DNA of 64,000 nucleotides from Chloroflexota bacterium (GTDB lineage: Bacteria > Chloroflexota > Dehalococcoidia > Lucifugimonadales > UBA3495): positions 1 to 64,000 of the forward strand of contig JAQBVF010000021.1 in assembly GCA_027623675.1 (NCBI GenBank), in the 5' to 3' direction. Position 1 is the stretch's first letter. Every line of letters begins with the position of its first letter. The position numbers and the translations under genes are program-made. Below are positions 58,239 through 64,000 of this stretch, one piece after another. The notes below the pieces were generated by a model. It was not told the DNA's origin and made no database searches. It worked only from the letters and a program-made list of their open reading frames with translations.

Positions 58239-60287
58239 TTACCGACTACCATCTTCCCAGGGCATGGCATCGCCGTCACTCTTCTCAGAACCCCGGCGTG
58301 GCCCTTTGTCTCCGCCGCCGACGGTTGCCGGTTCGGGCCGCTCGGCGATGCTGATGCTGCCGTCGCTGAAGATGACCCCGTCCTCACAGTAAGCCTCGAT
58401 CCGGCCACCGCCGAACTGTTCCCGGTACAGGTTGGCGTAGAGGCCGCCGTTGGCCAGCAGGTCTTCGTGTGAGCCTTGCTCCACGATCCGGCCCCGGTCC
58501 ACCACGTAGATAACATCCGCCGCGATGATGGTCGACAAACGGTGGGCGATGACCATGGTGGTGCGGTCCTGCATCAGAGGCTGCAGCGCCGATTGAACGT
58601 AACGCTCGCTGGCCGTGTCCAAGGCTGACGTGGCCTCATCCAATATCAAGACCCGGGGCTGATGCAGAATCACCCGGGCGATGGACAGCCGCTGGCGCTC
58701 GCCCCCAGACAGCCGGAAGCCCCGCTCTCCCACCACCGTGTCGTACCCCTCGGGCATCTCCATGATCCGGTCGTGGATGAACGCCGCCTTGGCCGCCTCG
58801 ATCATCTCGTCCCTGGTAGCCTCCGGCCGGGCGTAGAGCAGGTTCCGCTCCATGGTGTCGTGGAACAGATAACTGTCCTGGGTGACAAAGCCGATTATCG
58901 CCGCCAGGTCCTTTTGTCTGATCTTACGCACGTCCGTGCCGTCGATGGACACCGACCCTTCGGTCACGTCGTAGAGCCGGGGAACCAGGTAGGCCAAGGT
59001 CGTTTTGCCGGCGCCGCTGGGGCCGACGAACGCCGCCAACTGGCCCGGAGGGATGTTCAGGCTCACGCCATCCAAAGCCCACATGCGCGAGTCAGCCTCA
59101 GACTCCGGCCCAACCCCATCGTCGGCCGGGTCCGTGCCGCCGTATGAGTTGGCGTAGTTGACCCGGACCGAGTCGAACCGCACTTGCCCCGACACATCTT
59201 CCGGGTCAAGTTTCTTGGCGTCGGGTGAATCAACGATCTCCTGTTTCAGGTCCAGGTAGCCGTAGATGCGCTCGAACAGGGCCATCGACGATTGCAGCTC
59301 GACCGACACCTGCAGCAGCCGTCCCACGGGGAAATAAAGCCTGCTCTGCAGGGTGGTGAAGGCGATGATCGTTCCGGCGGAGACCGCCAGCGACCCGTTG
59401 CCCGACATCATGTATCCGGCCAGCAGGTAGATTGCGGCGGGAGAGATCGAGAGGAAGGTCATCACCACGGCAAAGAAAGAGTGCCCGATCATCTGCTGCC
59501 GCACAGCCAGGTCCGACAGCTCCTGGTTGTGACGATGGAAATTGGCCATCTCCTGGGTCTGCTGTCCGAACAACTTGGCCAGCATGATGCCCGACACCGA
59601 CAGCGTCTCCTGGGTGATGGCCGTGACCTCCGCCATGGAGCGCTGCGCCTGGGCGGTAACCTCCCGCCGCCGCTTGCCCACGAACCGGGTCAGCAAAAAG
59701 AAGAAGGGCACCGTCGCCACCGCAACCACGGTCAGTTGCCAGGACAGGATCAGCATGGCGACCAGGGTGCTTAGGAAGATCACGGTGTTGGAGATGGTGT
59801 CGGTGAGGGTGCTGGTGACCACCGACTGGATGCCGCCCACATCGTTGGAAACCCGGGACTGTATCTCGCCGGTGCGGGTGCTGGTGAAGAACCCCAGCGA
59901 CATGCCCTGAAGATGGGCGTAGACGGCGTCCCGCAGATCGCGCATGACGCTCTGACCCACCTTGTTGGTCATGTAGGTCTGGATCACGCCCATCAACCCG
60001 TTCAGGATGGCGATGGAGGTCATGACCGAGGCCAAGACCCAGAGCAGGTTGATGTTTGGGCCGCCGGTGGGCGGGAAGAGGGCCGAGTCGAAGACCACCT
60101 TGATCAGCACCGGGTTGACCACCCCGATGCTGGCGGTAACCAGGATCAGGACCGCCACCGAGATCACCTGGAACCGGTAGGGACGGAATAGGCGGACGGT
60201 GCGGGGGATGAGCGGGCTGGACGGAGGGGGCAGACCCATCGAATCTCGGTTTTTTACTGGTGGCTCCGGCACGACGCGGTGCATCAT
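58239..60287 (-). CDS. ABC exporter, fused permease and ATPase
   Basis: TM domain; GPSGAGKT, LSGGERQR, ILDEATSALD, IAHRLST; start uncertain. Confidence 0.92.
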   Translation of the reverse strand: MMHRVVPEPPVKNRDSMGLPPPSSPLIPRTVRLFRPYRFQVISVAVLILVTASIGVVNPVLIKVVFDSALFPPTGGPNINLLWVLASVMTSIAILNGLMGVIQTYMTNKVGQSVMRDLRDAVYAHLQGMSLGFFTSTRTGEIQSRVSNDVGGIQSVVTSTLTDTISNTVIFLSTLVAMLILSWQLTVVAVATVPFFFLLTRFVGKRRREVTAQAQRSMAEVTAITQETLSVSGIMLAKLFGQQTQEMANFHRHNQELSDLAVRQQMIGHSFFAVVMTFLSISPAAIYLLAGYMMSGNGSLAVSAGTIIAFTTLQSRLYFPVGRLLQVSVELQSSMALFERIYGYLDLKQEIVDSPDAKKLDPEDVSGQVRFDSVRVNYANSYGGTDPADDGVGPESEADSRMWALDGVSLNIPPGQLAAFVGPSGAGKTTLAYLVPRLYDVTEGSVSIDGTDVRKIRQKDLAAIIGFVTQDSYLFHDTMERNLLYARPEATRDEMIEAAKAAFIHDRIMEMPEGYDTVVGERGFRLSGGERQRLSIARVILHQPRVLILDEATSALDTASERYVQSALQPLMQDRTTMVIAHRLSTIIAADVIYVVDRGRIVEQGSHEDLLANGGLYANLYREQFGGGRIEAYCEDGVIFSDGSISIAERPEPATVGGGDKGPRRGSEKSDGDAMPWEDGSR

Positions 60288-60450
60288 GGGGTTTACCTGT
60301 GGAGCGAAGCGGCCCGGCTGAGCCGCGTGATTTTTCGGCGCAGGCCCCGCTAACCAAGCGCGGGGAAGCGATAGGGTTATCTTATCATCCGCCGGGCGTT
60401 AGGCATTCGCGCGACCATTTGCCCAGGGTGAACTCAGGCCGCAACGAACA

Positions 60451-60543
60451 AAATCCCTCTCGGCCACTTTTTATGAAAGGGCGATACTCCAGATCCGAGG
60501 TTGCTCGCCCTGCCGGAGGTGATTGAGTCCAGGCTCAGCCTGG
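60451..60543 (+). repeat. Direct repeat, left copy flanking higBA
   Basis: 60491-60543 matches 61321-61373 at 49/53 nt; weaker similarity extends to AAATCCC at 60451/61283. Confidence 0.88.
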
Positions 60544-60590
60544 GAAGCCCCCGTTCCCGGTTCACCACGCGAATAGCGTTTGGCGCCGTT

Positions 60591-60893
60591 CTACGCGCCG
60601 ATGGGTTGTATATCTTTCAGGCCGGATTCTTCCGATTCTTTGGCCTGGTACAGGTCCCAGCGCAGTTGGAGAATCATCCAGAATTCTTCGGAGTTGCCGA
60701 AATACTTGGCGAGCCGGAGCGCCGTGCTGGCGGTGATGCCGCGCCGCCCATTCACGATTTCGTTCACCCGCTGGTACGGTACATGGATCCCATCGGCCAG
60801 GTCACGCTGGGTGAGGCCCATCGGCTCCAGGAATTCCTTAACCAGCATCTCACCCGGATGGGTGGGCGCTCTGTTGCTTGGGACTCTAAGCAT
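60591..60893 (-). CDS. higA: HigA family antitoxin
   Basis: PTHPGEML..EFLEP, HTH QRVNEIVNGRRGIT..TALRLAKYFG, FWM.LQ..WDL. Confidence 0.92.
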   Translation of the reverse strand: MLRVPSNRAPTHPGEMLVKEFLEPMGLTQRDLADGIHVPYQRVNEIVNGRRGITASTALRLAKYFGNSEEFWMILQLRWDLYQAKESEESGLKDIQPIGA

Positions 60894-60911
60894 CGCCTGT
60901 TCTCCTGCGTA

Positions 60912-61207
60912 TCACCGGTGATAATCGGCGATCTCAACGTCGCTTGCTCCAGATTCTGACCAACCGAAACACACTCGTACCGTTCATTGATCCGAATACT
61001 ATACTGGCCCTCCCGGTCTCCACTTAGAGCCTCCAACCGGTTTCCTGGCGGAACAGAAAGGTCGTTCAACAAAAAGGCGGAGTCAATCAGATCAAGTTTT
61101 CGTGAAGCCACGTTCAACAGTGACCGGGGACACGACCGCCTGGCGGCAGCGGAATTTTCCCCGTTGAACACATCTTCGGTACCCAAATCAGCAAAGCTGA
61201 CAATCAC
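60912..61207 (-). pseudogene. higB: HigB (RelE family) toxin with one frameshift
   Basis: MIVSF..GTED.F, PPGNRLEAL.GDR.GQYSIRIN; the canonical end (R)VCFGW...DVEIADYH* is in a shifted frame after about 60977. Confidence 0.82.
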
Positions 61208-61212
61208 GATAA

Positions 61213-61233
61213 CATGATAGCCGATATATCATG
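61213..61233. promoter_or_regulatory. Candidate HigA operator
   Basis: CATGATA-N7-TATCATG immediately upstream of higB start. Confidence 0.55.
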
Positions 61234-61282
61234 CTATAACAACCGACACTCTTCCGACCGGCGTCATTTGGGCAAGCGGTCG

Positions 61283-61373
61283 AAATCCCCTCAGTCCTTT
61301 TTACGAAATCGGGGTGCTCAAGATCCGAGGTAGCTCGCTCCGCCGGAGGTGATTGGGTCCAGGCTCAGCCTGG
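61283..61373 (+). repeat. Direct repeat, right copy flanking higBA
   Basis: See 60451-60543; ends exactly at the stop codon of the acs tail copy. Confidence 0.88.
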
Positions 61374-61469
61374 CTACTCCTCTGGCGTCGTGATATCCCC
61401 AGGGTCTATGCCCAGCTCGTTGGCTTTTAGGAGGCGGCGTATGATCTTGACGGAGCGGGTCTTGGGCAA
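61374..61469 (-). pseudogene. Duplicated 3' end of acs (31 codons plus stop)
   Basis: 84/96 nt identical to 62099-62194; reads LPKTRSVKIIRRLLKANELGIDPGDITTPEE*. Confidence 0.92.
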
Positions 61470-61498
61470 GGGTGATCGCCGGGGGCTATGATTGGCCG

Positions 61499-62059
61499 TC
61501 ACCCCAAGATGTCATCAACGGCCAGCGCCAGTTGCGGGAAGGCGGCACATGTAAGACTCTGGCCTCGGCCCGCTTGGGAGGCTTCCTGGTAGCCATTCGC
61601 GGTTGGGCCGCGGAACACCTCTACCATCCCGGTCTCCAAGCCAACCAGCCAGACCTCGGCGATGCCGCGACGGGCGTACATCGGCAGTTTGACCTCCCGG
61701 TCGTATTCCGTGGACGTGTCAGAAACTTCCACCAATAGAATCACATCGTCCGGTCCAGGGTGGGCGGACGCGTAGAAGTCATCGCGTCTCCGGAGAAGCA
61801 TGAGGTCTGGTTGCGGCTCTGATTCATCGGAAAGGCGGACCGGCCCCTGAACTCTGACCACCGCCGCGTCTCCCACCCGGTTGAAAAATAGCCGGGTGAG
61901 ACGATCGACAACGGACTGGTGGCGGCTTCCTATGGGCGCCATTTCCACAATCTCCCCTTCCAACAACTCAAGCCGGTCATCTTCGCCCAGTATGCCGGCC
62001 TGCGCCATCCGATAGTACTCGTCAACCGTGAAACGCCGCCTCAGCAGTTGTGCAGCCAT
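61499..62059 (-). CDS. Uma2 family PD-(D/E)xK endonuclease
   Basis: RRFTVDEYYRM, ELLEGEI..M.PIG..H, EPQPD, LLVEVS, DREVKLP.YA..GI.EVW. Confidence 0.92.
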   Translation of the reverse strand: MAAQLLRRRFTVDEYYRMAQAGILGEDDRLELLEGEIVEMAPIGSRHQSVVDRLTRLFFNRVGDAAVVRVQGPVRLSDESEPQPDLMLLRRRDDFYASAHPGPDDVILLVEVSDTSTEYDREVKLPMYARRGIAEVWLVGLETGMVEVFRGPTANGYQEASQAGRGQSLTCAAFPQLALAVDDILG

Positions 62060-62098
62060 AGGGAACCTCTCCTATCCGGTTGCTTAAAGTATAACCCG

Positions 62099-64000
62099 TC
62101 ACTCCTCCAGCGTCGTGATATCCCCTGGGTCTATGCCCAGCTCGTTGGCTTTCAGCAGACGGCGCATGATCTTGCCGGAGCGGGTTTTGGGCAGGGTGGG
62201 CATGAACTCCAGCTCGGCGGGGACGGCGATGGGGCCAAGCTCGCCGCGGACATGCAGTTTCAGGGCGTCCACCATCGCGTCCGACGGCTCCTGGCCGTTG
62301 CGCAGGGTCACGAAGCCCTTGATGATCTCGCCGCGCAGTTCATCGGGCTTGCCGATGACCGCCGCCTCAGCCACCGCCGGATGGGACACCAAGGCGCTCT
62401 CGACCTCGGCGGAACCGATACGGTGTCCGGCCACGTTCAGCACGTCGTCGGCACGGCCCACCACCATGTAATACCCATCGGCGTCCCGCAGGGCCACGTC
62501 GCCGGTCAGATAGACGCCGGGGATGGTGTTCCAGTCTTTGGCCTGGCGTTCCGGGTCGCCGAACACCGTGCGGTAGAAATGGGGGAATGGGCGTGTTATC
62601 ACCAGCAGTCCGCCCTTGTCCGGCTCGGTGATGGGATGTCCCTCCCGGTCCACGATGTCCATGGCCGCGCCGGGCAAGGGCAGACCCACCCGGCCCGGCC
62701 TGACCAGCAGGGTGGCCGGGGTGCCCAGGCAGGGGCCACCGGTCTCGGTCTGCCACCAGTTGTCCACGATGTGGCCCCACTCGCCGTTGCCGCAGATGAA
62801 TTCGTAGGTCCATTTCAGGGCTTCGGGATTTAGAGGCTCGCCGGCGCAGGTCAGGAAACGCAGCGACTTCAGGTCGTACTTCAGCGCATATTCCTCGCCG
62901 TAGCGCATCAGCATGCGCAGCAGGGTGGGGGCGGTGAAGATCACGTTCACCCCATATTTCTCGATGATCTCGTAAAAAACGCTGGGACCGGGATAGTCGA
63001 TGGCCCCCTCGCGGAACAGCGTGGTGGCGCCGGCGACCAGCGGAGCGTAGACGATATAGCTGTGTCCCACCACCCAGCCGATGTCCGAGGTGCACCAGAA
63101 GACGTCGTCGTCCTTAACGTCCCAGAAGGTCTTGAAGTGATAGTAGGTCCCCACCATATAGCCCCCGTGGACGTGCTGAACGCCCTTGGGCTTGCCGGTG
63201 GTCCCGCTGGTGTAGAGGATATAAAGCGGGTCCTCGGAGTCCATCTCTTCCGCTGGACAGTGGATGCTGGACTCGGCCATCAGTTGGTCGAAGTCCACTT
63301 CTTTGGGACCCGGCGCTTCCGGGGCGCCCTTACGGCTCCAGACCACGACATGCTCCACCAGGTCCAGCCCATTCACCGCGCCGTCGCAGATGCCTTTCAG
63401 GTCGACCTCATTGCCGCGCCGGTAGCCGACGTCGGCGGTGATGACCACTTTGGCGTCGGCGTCCAATATGCGGTCCCGCAGCGAACCGGCGCTGAACCCG
63501 GCGTAGACCACGCTATGCACCGCGCCGATGCGGGCGCAGGCCAGCATGGCGATGGCTCCTTCGGGAGATAGGGGCATGTAGATGACCACCCGGTCGCCCT
63601 TGCCAACCCCCAGCGAACGCAGTCCGTTGGCGAACCGGCTGACCAGTTGGGCCAGCCGGCCGTAGGTGAACACGCGCTCCGAGCCGTCCTCGCCCAGCCA
63701 GATGAAAGCCGCTTTGTTCTTGTTGCCGTTGGTCAGGTGCCGGTCCAGAGCGTTTTGGGTGATGTTGCACTTGGCGCCCAGGAACCACTTGAAGGTTGGG
63801 TAGTCCCACTGGAACACCTGGTCCCAGGGCCGGTACCAGTCCAGCTCTTTGGCCACTCCCTCCCAGAAGTTCTCTGGGGCGTCCATCGAGGCCTGGTAGG
63901 CGGCGGCATGGTCCTGCAGAAAGGCCTGTTTGACCAGGGCGGGCGGCGGCGAGATCTGGCCGGTTTCCTGTAGCAGGTGGTCGATCTGTCCTTGCTGGAC
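62099..64000 (-). CDS. acs: Acetate--CoA ligase (5' end outside window)
   Basis: YTSGTTGKPKG, WWQTETG, TGD, GRADD, LPKTRSGKIMRR; frame open to window edge. Confidence 0.95.
   Translation of the reverse strand, partial: VQQGQIDHLLQETGQISPPPALVKQAFLQDHAAAYQASMDAPENFWEGVAKELDWYRPWDQVFQWDYPTFKWFLGAKCNITQNALDRHLTNGNKNKAAFIWLGEDGSERVFTYGRLAQLVSRFANGLRSLGVGKGDRVVIYMPLSPEGAIAMLACARIGAVHSVVYAGFSAGSLRDRILDADAKVVITADVGYRRGNEVDLKGICDGAVNGLDLVEHVVVWSRKGAPEAPGPKEVDFDQLMAESSIHCPAEEMDSEDPLYILYTSGTTGKPKGVQHVHGGYMVGTYYHFKTFWDVKDDDVFWCTSDIGWVVGHSYIVYAPLVAGATTLFREGAIDYPGPSVFYEIIEKYGVNVIFTAPTLLRMLMRYGEEYALKYDLKSLRFLTCAGEPLNPEALKWTYEFICGNGEWGHIVDNWWQTETGGPCLGTPATLLVRPGRVGLPLPGAAMDIVDREGHPITEPDKGGLLVITRPFPHFYRTVFGDPERQAKDWNTIPGVYLTGDVALRDADGYYMVVGRADDVLNVAGHRIGSAEVESALVSHPAVAEAAVIGKPDELRGEIIKGFVTLRNGQEPSDAMVDALKLHVRGELGPIAVPAELEFMPTLPKTRSGKIMRRLLKANELGIDPGDITTLEE

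Noticed and set aside
60764..61207. Intact 147-aa toxin from the ORF track
   Set aside because: The C-terminal part is out-of-frame read-through; the real HigB end is in another frame.
61374..62194. DGR template/variable repeat pair
   Set aside because: Mismatches are not adenine-specific, are mostly synonymous, and the target is a housekeeping enzyme.

Overview
64 kb of a high-GC bacterial chromosome. Gene content (LLM oxidoreductases, NIPSNAPs, enolase-superfamily dehydratase, HAD, a GAAC-N4-GTTC-type SOS box) suggests Chloroflexota/Dehalococcoidia (SAR202-like); this is inference, not proof. Most of the window is metabolic: ADH, arsM, a large thiol/sulfur oxidation cluster, coxDE, hemW-selB-nurA, sulfite/nitrite reductase-hemD, pstSCAB-phoU, ggt, acs. 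The strongest candidates for new biology are: (1) a low-GC two-gene island at the left edge, a retron-type reverse transcriptase followed by an FRG-domain protein (candidate new retron defence system; ncRNA not visible, probably upstream of the window); (2) a leaderless Cys-rich 22-aa uORF plus terminator ahead of the sulfite reductase gene (candidate cysteine-sensing attenuator); (3) two stacked integrase-free cassettes (Uma2 nuclease and higBA) at the acs 3' end, each flanked by a ~50-100 bp diverged direct duplication; (4) a structured ~120-nt leader RNA; (5) a Cys-rich PadR in front of arsM. Two clear single-base frameshifts (higB, a methyltransferase) could be biological or assembly errors. 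No rRNA, tRNA, CRISPR array or transposase was recognised. All calls come from reading motifs by eye; no database searches were run.
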